Positions 45,684-54,117 are shown, counted from the stretch's first letter. The stretch is DNA of 64,000 nt from Chitinophagaceae bacterium (GCA_028288595.1 JAQBNK010000033.1:26-64025), one strand, 5' to 3'. Notes: a model not told the origin generated them from the letters alone. Program-made: numbers and translations.

Positions 45684-46727
45684 ATGAAAAAATATCTTTT
45701 ACTAATTGCACTGGTTGCCTTTGCAATAAATACGAAGGCGCAGCGCAATGAGGAAGAACCTTATATGACAAAGTCCCTGAAGAGCGATAATATAAAAAAC
45801 GTTGAAGTAAGAACTTCTGGTGGAAGTATCGGCGTAACGGGTATTACTTCAGGTGAAGCACGTATTGAAGTTTATATCTGGCCAAATAATAGCCGGGATG
45901 GAAATAGAATAACTAAAGAAGAAATTGACCGGCGACTACAAAACTATGATCTGAATATATCATCGGCAAATAACAAACTAACCGCTACTGCAAAAAGAAA
46001 AAAGCGTGAAGATGATGACTGGAAAGACGGCCTGAGTATTTCATTTAAAATTTTCGTTCCTGTAAATATTACTACTGATCTTTCAACGAGCGGAGGAAGT
46101 ATTGCCCTGGTTAATGTAACCGGTAAACAGGATTTTGCTACCAGTGGCGGAAGTCTTCGTATTGACAAGGTGAGTGGTAATGTACACGGCCGCACTTCAG
46201 GCGGAAGCATACATGTAACAGATTCTAAGGATGACCTGGATCTTAGTACAAGTGGCGGAAGCATTGATGCAAGGAACTGTAAAGGCATTCTTAAATTAAA
46301 TACATCGGGCGGGTCTCTTAACCTCGAGCAATTAGGCGGAACCATCACCGCACATACCAGTGGCGGAAGCATTCATGGCAGTAATATCGAAGGCGATCTT
46401 AGTACACATACATCAGGCGGAAGCGTTAAACTTTCTGATCTCAGCGGCAGCGTGGATGCATCTACCAGCGGAGGAAGTATGGACGTAACAATCAGCAACC
46501 CGTCTAAGTTCGTCAAGCTCCATAATTCTAGCGGCAGCATCGACGTTACGCTTCCCGGTAACAAAGGATACGATCTCAGGTTGTCTGGTAACCGCGTTAA
46601 AACACCCACACTGAATAATTTTAAAGGAACAATGGACGATGATTCCGTTAATGGCAGTATTAATGGTGGTGGTATTCCTGTTACTATTAATGCAGGCAGC
46701 GGAAGAGTTTATTTGACACTTAAGTAA
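45684..46727 (+). CDS. secreted DUF4097 (Toastrack-type) beta-repeat protein
   Basis: 347 aa. It has a signal peptide (MKKYLLLIALVAFAINTKAQ) followed by about 10 repeats of the (T/S)SGGS(I/L/V/M) strand motif at roughly 20-aa spacing, typical of the DUF4097 putative-adhesin beta-helix. Confidence 0.8.
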   Translation: MKKYLLLIALVAFAINTKAQRNEEEPYMTKSLKSDNIKNVEVRTSGGSIGVTGITSGEARIEVYIWPNNSRDGNRITKEEIDRRLQNYDLNISSANNKLTATAKRKKREDDDWKDGLSISFKIFVPVNITTDLSTSGGSIALVNVTGKQDFATSGGSLRIDKVSGNVHGRTSGGSIHVTDSKDDLDLSTSGGSIDARNCKGILKLNTSGGSLNLEQLGGTITAHTSGGSIHGSNIEGDLSTHTSGGSVKLSDLSGSVDASTSGGSMDVTISNPSKFVKLHNSSGSIDVTLPGNKGYDLRLSGNRVKTPTLNNFKGTMDDDSVNGSINGGGIPVTINAGSGRVYLTLK

Positions 46728-46818
46728 TTTGACAATTCGGCAATTCAACAATTCAACAATTTGAAAATTTGAAACTTAATTCGGGGTTTCATTGTCGAGT
46801 TGCCGAATTGTTGAATTG
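46725..46818. repeat. right copy of the direct repeat (with a 16-nt word expansion) plus its inverted partner
   Basis: 46725-46774 matches the left copy, with an extra caattcaacaattcaa-type insert. ttgccgaattgttgaattg (46800-46818) is the reverse complement of words in 46732-46754, giving alternative 12-14-bp stems. Confidence 0.8.
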
Positions 46819-46836
46819 ATTAATAAAAAACAAAAC

Positions 46837-49254
46837 ATGCTTAGAAACTATCTGAAAGTTGCCATGCGTTACCTCGTAAGACACAAAGGTTATACGATCA
46901 TAAATATTCTTGGGCTTGCAGTGGGCATTACCTGCTGCATTCTTATTATGCTTTTTGTGAAAAGTGAATGGAGCTACGATAAATTTCATAGTAAGTCAGA
47001 CCGGTTGTACCGTGCATGGGTAAAAGAGAAATACCAGAAAGAAGATTTTATCGACATCACTACACCGGTAGTAATGGCTCCGACATTGCAAAGCAATTTT
47101 CCTGAAATAGAATCTACATGCAGGGTCGCTGCATTCAATAGCATTTTTAAATCCGGCGTAACATCGTTCAATGAAAACCTCAGGATGGTAGATTCCACTT
47201 TCTTTCGTGTTTTTGATTTTGAATTAATTAAAGGTGATAGAAAGAATCCGTTTCCAACCAGCAATTCAATCATACTTACAGAAAAACTGGCAAAAAAATA
47301 TTTTGGCAACAGCGATCCTGTAGGAAAGAGCATTGAACTGCAAATGAGTCTTGATACGGTTGTTTTTTCTGTATCCGGAATTGCAAAAGAGGCACCGGTA
47401 GAATCGAGTATTCGTTACACTGCTTTAATTCCTTTTTCTAACGCAAAATCCTATTTCAGTAAGAATGCGATGAGGAGCTGGTTCAATATTAATCCTGAGA
47501 CATATGTATTGCTGGGCAAAGGAGTAAACCCGAAACAGCTTGAAGCGAAGTTTCCATCAATGCTGAAACAGCAGTTGGGGGCAGACTATAAGCCGGGGAA
47601 TTATATCATCAACTTACAACCGATGACAACTATTCACCTGGATGCTTCGCTGCCCGACCAGGGAATTGAAAATATAAGCAACCCAAAATATTCTTACATC
47701 CTATTAACCATTGGCTTTCTTATTTTATTTATTGCCTGTATCAATTTTATTACGTTGTCTCTTGGCCGCTCTACCAGCAGGGCGATGGAAGTTGGCGTAA
47801 GAAAAGTATTAGGGGCAGAACGCAGGCAGATCATCAGGCAGTTCTGGGGCGAAGCGATATTGTTAACACTGGTCTCTGTTGTTATCGGGATAATCTTCGC
47901 TGCCGTATTTGTAAAGCCGTTTAATACTTTGATCAACCGCGAACTAGTTCTCCGTCCCGATCTTTTCTTTATCGGTTTTTGTTTATTGCTTATTGTGATT
48001 ATTGGTATGATAGCAGGTATTTATCCTGCATTAATACTTTCCTCTTTCAAACCTGTTGAAGTATTAAAAGGAAAATTAAAGCTGAGTAATAACAGCAGTA
48101 TTTTCCGGAAGAGCCTTATAACAGGACAGTTTGTTGTTTCTATTGCAATGATAGTTTGCACACTTGTAATAGGTCAGCAAATGAATTACCTGCAGAATAA
48201 AGATCTTGGGTATGGAAAGGAACAGGTTGTTGTAGTATCAACTCATAAACCTGTTTCAAAAGGAATGCCTCTCGCTGAGTTATTCCGCAATGAGCTGCAA
48301 AAAATACCACAGGTTGCAAGCGCTTCCGTAGCACTTTACAGTATGGCGCAGACACCATGGATCGACCTGGGGTATACAGACGATAAAAAGATATACAGAA
48401 CGTTCCAGTTTAATGCCGTAGATCCGCAATTTATTCCGACCATGAAAATTCAAATGGTTCAGGGAAGAAATTTCTCAGCGGATAATGCTTCAGACGCAAC
48501 TACTGCTATGGTAGTGAATGAGTCGCTGGTAAAACAATATGGCTGGAAAGATGCTATCGGCAAAAAGTTACCCGGCAAGTTTGAGCAGCAGATCATTGGT
48601 GTAATGAAAGACTTTAATTACGAATCCCTTCATACAAAAATTCAACCATTGGTATTGGTAATTAAACCGGATAGTGTTTACCGGCGTATCGAGAATATAA
48701 ATGTAGCGGCACCACGGCAACCCAGGATTTCGGTGCGCATGAAAGCAGGAAGTATTACCGCGAACATTGCTATGCTAAAACAAGCCTGGAAAAAAGTAGC
48801 CGGTGAGCAGGAGTTCGATTACACCTTCCTCGATGAAAATATTGCAGCGCAATATGAGCAGGAGAAACGCACCAGCACCATTGTAAAACTGGCATCCGGA
48901 CTTTCCATTTTTATCGCCTGCATGGGATTGTTTGGTTTAGCCACACTTGCAGTAGTAAGAAGAACAAAAGAGATAGGCATAAGAAAAGTTTTAGGAGCGA
49001 GTACGCAGAGCATTGTTTCGCTGATATCAAAAGAATTTATCACACTGGTAGTGTTAGCGGCCATTATTGCTTTTCCGCTTGCATGGATGTTCCTGAATAA
49101 ATGGCTCGGGGATTTTGCTTACCGGATCGATATCAACTGGTGGGTATTTATACTTGCAGCTTTCATCGCTATAGTAATTACGCTTCTTACAGTTGGATTC
49201 CAGGCAATAAAAGCAGCCCTTTCTAACCCGGTGAAAAGTTTAAGAACGGAATGA
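46837..49254 (+). CDS. duplicated MacB/FtsX-type ABC permease, paralogue 13
   Basis: 805 aa from ATG 46837. MLRNYLKVAMRYL; ITLSLGRSTSRAMEVGVRKVLGA; VRRTKEIGIRKVLGAS; C-terminus ALSNPVKSLRTE*. Confidence 0.92.
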   Translation: MLRNYLKVAMRYLVRHKGYTIINILGLAVGITCCILIMLFVKSEWSYDKFHSKSDRLYRAWVKEKYQKEDFIDITTPVVMAPTLQSNFPEIESTCRVAAFNSIFKSGVTSFNENLRMVDSTFFRVFDFELIKGDRKNPFPTSNSIILTEKLAKKYFGNSDPVGKSIELQMSLDTVVFSVSGIAKEAPVESSIRYTALIPFSNAKSYFSKNAMRSWFNINPETYVLLGKGVNPKQLEAKFPSMLKQQLGADYKPGNYIINLQPMTTIHLDASLPDQGIENISNPKYSYILLTIGFLILFIACINFITLSLGRSTSRAMEVGVRKVLGAERRQIIRQFWGEAILLTLVSVVIGIIFAAVFVKPFNTLINRELVLRPDLFFIGFCLLLIVIIGMIAGIYPALILSSFKPVEVLKGKLKLSNNSSIFRKSLITGQFVVSIAMIVCTLVIGQQMNYLQNKDLGYGKEQVVVVSTHKPVSKGMPLAELFRNELQKIPQVASASVALYSMAQTPWIDLGYTDDKKIYRTFQFNAVDPQFIPTMKIQMVQGRNFSADNASDATTAMVVNESLVKQYGWKDAIGKKLPGKFEQQIIGVMKDFNYESLHTKIQPLVLVIKPDSVYRRIENINVAAPRQPRISVRMKAGSITANIAMLKQAWKKVAGEQEFDYTFLDENIAAQYEQEKRTSTIVKLASGLSIFIACMGLFGLATLAVVRRTKEIGIRKVLGASTQSIVSLISKEFITLVVLAAIIAFPLAWMFLNKWLGDFAYRIDINWWVFILAAFIAIVITLLTVGFQAIKAALSNPVKSLRTE

Positions 49255-49277
49255 GGGATGAGGAATGAGTAATAAGT
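49250..49277. repeat. four phased heptamers aatgagg gatgagg aatgagt aataagt; the first contains the stop codon
   Basis: Read directly; the stop TGA at 49252-49254 is in unit 1. Confidence 0.9.
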
Positions 49278-49297
49278 AAACTACTAAATGATATATT

Positions 49298-51730
49298 ATG
49301 CTACTGATGTATTTTAAAATAGCGTGGCGAAACTTGCTGAAACATAAAAGTTTTTCCTTCATTAATATTTTCGGTTTAACTACAGGACTTAGTTGTTTCC
49401 TGTTAATAGCACTCTATATTTTTGATGAACTTACTTATGACCGCTTCAATAAGAATGCAGATGCTATGTACCGCATCGTTGAAGACAAGACTTCGGCTGA
49501 AGGAAAACAATCGAAGGTTGCAGCAGTAGCCTATAATATATCTGAACGGGCAAAGAAAGATTTTCCTGAAGTAGAGAATGCTACGAGGTTTAGTATGCTT
49601 GGAAGATCTAATGTGCTGAATAATGAGAATACATCTGTCTTTTATGAATCTTATTTTGTTAGTGACGAATCATTCTTTCGCATGTTCGATTTTCATTTCC
49701 TCCAGGGAGACCGTACTACAGCGTTAAAAGACCCTTATACTGTTGTAATAACAGATGAAACAGCAAAGAAAATATTCGGAACGGAAAACGCTATTGGAAA
49801 AGTGATCAGGACAGACAGGGACAGCACACCATACAAGATCACGGGCATTGTAAATATTCCTGCCAACTCACACCTTAATTTCAATCTTGTTTTTTCTGAA
49901 GCAACCTTATTTGCTTCAGAAAACTTTAAAAAATTTATGACCAGCGACTGGTCCTCTAATACTTTTGTAAGTTACCTGCAGTTGAAAAAAAATACTAATG
50001 CAAGCGTAGTCAGTGATAAGATAAACCAGCTGGTTAAAGCGAACAGGGAGAAGAAAGCGGCCGGCACATCGTCGCTCTATCTTCAGCCTTTAACTGCCAT
50101 TCATTTTTATTCTGAAGGAATTGATAGTTCAGAAAACTCCGGCAACATAACACACATGTATGTTTTTGGGATCGTCGCCCTGTTTGCCTTACTGATAGCC
50201 TGCATTAATTATATGAATCTTACTACTGCAAGATTTTCAGGCAGGTCAAAAGAAATAGCAGTGCGAAAAGTGGCTGGTGCATCGCAGCGAACTTTAATGT
50301 TCCAGTTCCTGTCTGAGTCTTTCCTTGTTACCATTATTGCGTTAATATTTTCCCTTGCACTGGTGAAACTTACATTACCCTGGTTCAATTCATTCACAGA
50401 AAAAAAATTATCGCTAGGCACTGATACAGACTACCGCATCTGGATGGGTATCGTTTTCATTACCATTTTCACCAGTATCATTTCCGGTATTTATCCCGCG
50501 CTTTTCCAGTCGCGTTTAAAACCTTACCTCCTGCTCAAAAACAAACTGGCAGGTATAAAAGGGAACATTTCATTAAGAAAAGTTTTAGTGATATTCCAGT
50601 TTGCCGTTTCTATTATTATGATCATATCAACCATTATTGTTTACCAGCAATTGCAATATGTAAACAAAAAAGATATGGGCTTCAATAAAGAGCAATTACT
50701 GGTTGTAGATATTAATAGCGGTGCAGTGAGGAGGTCTGCAGAAACCATCAAATCTGAGTTCAGTAAAATAGCTGCGGTTAAATCTGTAAGTGTTACATCC
50801 CGTGTGCCAGGCGAATGGAAAGTGATACCAAAAGTTAAAGTAAAAAAAGATGCGCAGGCAGGTAGCGGAGAGGACATGTATTTTATGAGCGCTGATGAAC
50901 AGTTTCTCAAAACCTTTGCTGTACAGTTACAGAGTGGCAGAAATTTTACGAATTCGAACAGTGATTCCGGTGCAGTAATGATCAATGAAACAGCAGCAAA
51001 AATATTAGGCATTAACAAACCATCGGAGCAGGTGATATCGATTCCCAGTATAGACTTTAGCGGAAACGTTTCTTCTCTCAGGCAACCTTATGTTGCAAGG
51101 GTTATCGCAATCGTAAAAGATTTTAACTTTCAGTCACTGCGGCAAACAATAGCGCCGATGGTCATCAGCTACCAGAAAAATCCTGTACACAACATTGATT
51201 ATTTTACTGCCAGGATATCTTCGGCGCATACAGATGCTATACTTCAACAAATGAAAGCTGTTTTAGCCAATATTGATCCGTCGCATCTGTTCGAATATAA
51301 TTTCCTCGATAAGCAATGGGAAGTGTTTTACAGGGAAGACCAAAAAAGAGAAACCATATTTCTCGGAGTAGCCTTCATCACAATACTGATCGCTTGTATG
51401 GGCCTGTTCGCTTTAGCCACTTATGCGGCTGAACAACGCACTAAAGAAATAGGGATTAGAAAAGTCTTAGGGGCCAGCGTTCCGGTTCTCGTTACACTTC
51501 TATCCAAAGATTTTTTAAAACTCGTATTGATCGCAGATGTTATAGCCTTCCCTGTTGCACTCTGGGCCATGAAAAGCTGGCTGAAAGATTTTGCTTACCG
51601 GGTAAACATCAGCTGGTGGGTATTTGTGCTGGCAGGCGCGGCAGCATTGATCATTGCTTTTGTAACAGTCAGTTTCCAGGCGATTAAAGCTGCCATGTCT
51701 AACCCGGTTAAAAGTTTGAGAACGGAATAG
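49298..51730 (+). CDS. duplicated MacB/FtsX-type ABC permease, paralogue 14
   Basis: 810 aa. MLLMYFKIAWRNL; NLTTARFSGRSKEIAVRKVAGA; EQRTKEIGIRKVLGAS; C-terminus AMSNPVKSLRTE*. Confidence 0.92.
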   Translation: MLLMYFKIAWRNLLKHKSFSFINIFGLTTGLSCFLLIALYIFDELTYDRFNKNADAMYRIVEDKTSAEGKQSKVAAVAYNISERAKKDFPEVENATRFSMLGRSNVLNNENTSVFYESYFVSDESFFRMFDFHFLQGDRTTALKDPYTVVITDETAKKIFGTENAIGKVIRTDRDSTPYKITGIVNIPANSHLNFNLVFSEATLFASENFKKFMTSDWSSNTFVSYLQLKKNTNASVVSDKINQLVKANREKKAAGTSSLYLQPLTAIHFYSEGIDSSENSGNITHMYVFGIVALFALLIACINYMNLTTARFSGRSKEIAVRKVAGASQRTLMFQFLSESFLVTIIALIFSLALVKLTLPWFNSFTEKKLSLGTDTDYRIWMGIVFITIFTSIISGIYPALFQSRLKPYLLLKNKLAGIKGNISLRKVLVIFQFAVSIIMIISTIIVYQQLQYVNKKDMGFNKEQLLVVDINSGAVRRSAETIKSEFSKIAAVKSVSVTSRVPGEWKVIPKVKVKKDAQAGSGEDMYFMSADEQFLKTFAVQLQSGRNFTNSNSDSGAVMINETAAKILGINKPSEQVISIPSIDFSGNVSSLRQPYVARVIAIVKDFNFQSLRQTIAPMVISYQKNPVHNIDYFTARISSAHTDAILQQMKAVLANIDPSHLFEYNFLDKQWEVFYREDQKRETIFLGVAFITILIACMGLFALATYAAEQRTKEIGIRKVLGASVPVLVTLLSKDFLKLVLIADVIAFPVALWAMKSWLKDFAYRVNISWWVFVLAGAAALIIAFVTVSFQAIKAAMSNPVKSLRTE

Positions 51731-51802
51731 CAATTTAACAAGCAACAATTAAGCAACTTGGCACTTTTCAAAGAGTGTTGAATTGTTTAATTGTTGAATT
51801 GC
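51730..51802 (+). repeat. imperfect long hairpin of caatt/aacaa words immediately after the last permease
   Basis: gcaatttaacaagcaacaattaagcaac (51730-51757) is opposed to gttgaattgtttaattgttgaattgc (51777-51802). The arms are complementary at most positions, in several possible registers. Confidence 0.65.
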
Positions 51803-51833
51803 TAACCGCCATCTGTATCACTTTAAAACAACA

Positions 51834-51854
51834 ACTGTATCAAAACCGGACACC
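51834..51854. promoter_or_regulatory. conserved palindromic element, copy C (degenerate)
   Basis: actgtatcaaaaccggacacc matches copy A (ggtgtatcaaaaccgtacacc) in 18/21 positions. It is 112 nt upstream of the ATPase 2 start. Confidence 0.45.
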
Positions 51855-51899
51855 ATCATATTTAAAATAAATTGCAATCCATTTATTTTCAGGCACCTA

Positions 51900-51907
51900 T
51901 ATCTTTG
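51900..51907 (+). promoter_or_regulatory. candidate Bacteroidota-type -7 promoter box (TAnnTTTG)
   Basis: tatctttg is a perfect match to the TAnnTTTG consensus described for Bacteroides primary-sigma promoters. It lies 38 nt upstream of ATG 51946. I found no convincing TTTG -33 box at standard spacing. Confidence 0.35.
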
Positions 51908-51945
51908 GTACATATTTCTCCATAACAAGTAAATTCTTAAAAAAC

Positions 51946-52617
51946 ATGATAGAGCTGCAGCATATCTATAAATGGATCAACTCGGGCGGGAACAGAACAT
52001 TTCTCCTCAAAGACATTAACCTCTCGATTGCTGAGGGCGACTTCATTTCTATTATGGGCCCTTCCGGTTCAGGAAAATCTACGCTGCTGAATGTAATGGG
52101 TATGCTGGACGAACCCTCAGAGGGCCAATATGTTTTTATGGGCGACGATGTTTTCAAAATGAAAGAAAAGCAACGCTCCAATTTATATAAACAACATATC
52201 GGTTTTGTTTTCCAGGCTTATCACCTGATCGATGAACTGACCGTTTATGAGAATATTGAAACGCCTTTGCTCTACCAGGACATAAAAGGCGCCGAAAGAA
52301 AAGCTATCGTTGCAGATATGCTGGACCGCTTCCAGATCGTTGGCAAGAAAGATCTTTTCCCTGCGCAATTATCCGGCGGTCAGCAACAACTGGTTGGTGT
52401 TGCAAGAGCATTGGTGGCCAAACCAAAATTATTACTGGCTGATGAACCAACTGGGAACCTCAACTCCAAGCAGGGCGAAGAAATTATGGAACTTTTTAAA
52501 AAAATAAATGAAGAAGATGGTGTTACTATAGTACAGGTAACGCACTCAGAAAAAAATGCCGCGTATGGTTCAAGAATTATTCATTTACTCGACGGCAGAA
52601 TTGAATCAACCCAATAA
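51946..52617 (+). CDS. ABC transporter ATP-binding protein, MacB/LolD-type NBD (ATPase 2)
   Basis: 223 aa. Walker A is GPSGSGKST, the Q-loop is FVFQAYHL, the signature is LSGGQQQLVGVARA (Leu where Arg is usual), Walker B/D-loop is LLLADEPTGNLN, and the H-loop is VTHSE. Confidence 0.92.
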   Translation: MIELQHIYKWINSGGNRTFLLKDINLSIAEGDFISIMGPSGSGKSTLLNVMGMLDEPSEGQYVFMGDDVFKMKEKQRSNLYKQHIGFVFQAYHLIDELTVYENIETPLLYQDIKGAERKAIVADMLDRFQIVGKKDLFPAQLSGGQQQLVGVARALVAKPKLLLADEPTGNLNSKQGEEIMELFKKINEEDGVTIVQVTHSEKNAAYGSRIIHLLDGRIESTQ

Positions 52618-52620
52618 TAA

Positions 52621-54060
52621 ATGACAATGAAGCGTACAAAAAGATGGAGCGGTTTAATATTAGCTTGCTGCTTTTATATAGTGGCATCGGCACAGAGCGA
52701 CAGCATGAATTTTACTTTGCAGAAATGTATTGAAACGGCGATCCGGAATAATCTTACGATCAAACAAACAGAATGGCAGATGAGAACGGGAAAGGTTACT
52801 ATGGATGAAGCGAAAGCCAACCTGTTGCCTTATGTGTCTGGTAATATTTCTCATGGTATGAACCGCGGCCGCAATATTGATCCCTTTACAAATAGTTACG
52901 TGAACCAGCAGATCACTTTTGCAAATTATGGATTGAATGGTTCTATGATCTTATGGAACGCAGGCTCTAACCGCAATGCATTAACTGCCAGCCGCGAAGC
53001 TTATGAAGCCGGCAGAATGGATGTACAACAGGCCAAAGAAAATATTACGATCAACGTGATACTCGCTTATTTGCAAGTCGTGAATAACGAGGAACAACTG
53101 CTACAGGCTACGAGACAAACCGATGTTACGAGACAACAACTGAAAAGACTTGACATATTAAATAATGGCGGCGCCATTGCACCGGCCACTTATTATGATA
53201 TGAAAGGACAGCTTGCCAGTGATGAAATAAACGAATTAAATATAAGAGGCGCATTGGAATCTTCTAAACTTGTACTGGCTGAATTAATGAATGTACCTTA
53301 TTCATCTTCTATACAATTAGCGCCTGTCGAAATAAACAGCTTACCAGAAAAAGCAGAAGAGCATTTACAGCAGGTGTATGATGCAGCCAGTAAACAGCTC
53401 GCTGTTATTAAAGCAGCCGATCTCCGCATAGCCAGTGCACAGGCTGGTTACAGGTCTGCACTCGGGCAACGTCTACCCAGTTTATATGTGAGCACCGGGT
53501 TGGGAACAAATTATTCCAGCGCAGCCAGCACCGCACAGTTAGTTAGCTCAACCGATGTTCCTACTTCGGATTATGTAACTGTAAATGGAAATAAACTTCC
53601 TGTATTCACTACGCAGAGAACTTATAACGATTCCAAAATCAATTACATCAACCAGTTTACCAATAACTTCAACTCCTCTTTAAGTGTAGGCATCCGTGTT
53701 CCTATTTTAAATGGAGGACAGGCACGGGGGAGAATTGAACTTTCCAAAATAGATATTGAGCGGGCTAATTTCCAGGCGCTCACAACACGCAATCAATTGC
53801 AGCAACAGATTGAACAGGCAATTTTGAACAAAAGTCTTGCCTATGATAAACTCGCAAAACTTACACAACAGGTAAATGATTTTACAGCCTCATTCAAAGC
53901 TGCTGAGATCCGCTTCAGCGCAGGTGTTGGTTCTATCGTTGAATATGTGATCGCTAAAAATAACCTGGACAGGGCGAATAGTAATCTCATAGCTGCACGA
54001 TATGAATACCTGGTGAGAAATAAGATTATGGATTATTATCTTGGGCGCCCCCTGTTTTAG
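52621..54060 (+). CDS. TolC-family outer-membrane efflux factor
   Basis: 479 aa, 3 nt after ATPase 2. It has a signal peptide (LILACCFYIVASAQ), the typical OMF opening (LQKCIETAIRNNLTIKQ), two-fold repeat coiled-coil/beta architecture, and an aromatic C-terminal residue (...YYLGRPLF). Confidence 0.85.
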   Translation: MTMKRTKRWSGLILACCFYIVASAQSDSMNFTLQKCIETAIRNNLTIKQTEWQMRTGKVTMDEAKANLLPYVSGNISHGMNRGRNIDPFTNSYVNQQITFANYGLNGSMILWNAGSNRNALTASREAYEAGRMDVQQAKENITINVILAYLQVVNNEEQLLQATRQTDVTRQQLKRLDILNNGGAIAPATYYDMKGQLASDEINELNIRGALESSKLVLAELMNVPYSSSIQLAPVEINSLPEKAEEHLQQVYDAASKQLAVIKAADLRIASAQAGYRSALGQRLPSLYVSTGLGTNYSSAASTAQLVSSTDVPTSDYVTVNGNKLPVFTTQRTYNDSKINYINQFTNNFNSSLSVGIRVPILNGGQARGRIELSKIDIERANFQALTTRNQLQQQIEQAILNKSLAYDKLAKLTQQVNDFTASFKAAEIRFSAGVGSIVEYVIAKNNLDRANSNLIAARYEYLVRNKIMDYYLGRPLF

Positions 54061-54085
54061 AAATCGAAAATAGATTCCGTTTAGG

Positions 54086-54117
54086 ATGCGTTACTGTTTT
54101 AGTAACGCATTTTTTTA
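54086..54117 (+). terminator. intrinsic terminator closing the transporter super-locus
   Basis: atgcgttact (54086-54095), loop gtttt, agtaacgcat (54101-54110), then tttttt. This is a 10-bp perfect stem plus a T-run, 26 nt after the TolC stop. Confidence 0.85.

Noticed and set aside
45944-46372. 142-aa minus-strand ORF with repeated MLPPLV motifs.
   Set aside because: It is the antisense translation of the TSGGSI repeat-coding DNA of the DUF4097 gene.
15277-51730. Whether the 14-fold permease repeat is an assembly artefact or a very recent amplification.
   Set aside because: The paralogues differ extensively at both protein and DNA level, especially in the periplasmic domains. Their lengths range from 787 to 826 aa and the spacers are all different, so these are old, individually maintained genes.
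14148-51802. Whether the periodic intergenic repeats could be a degenerate CRISPR array or a minisatellite-type mobile element.
   Set aside because: The units are 7-8 nt with no unique spacers and are scattered one run per gene junction. No cas genes, transposase or integrase are present in the window.
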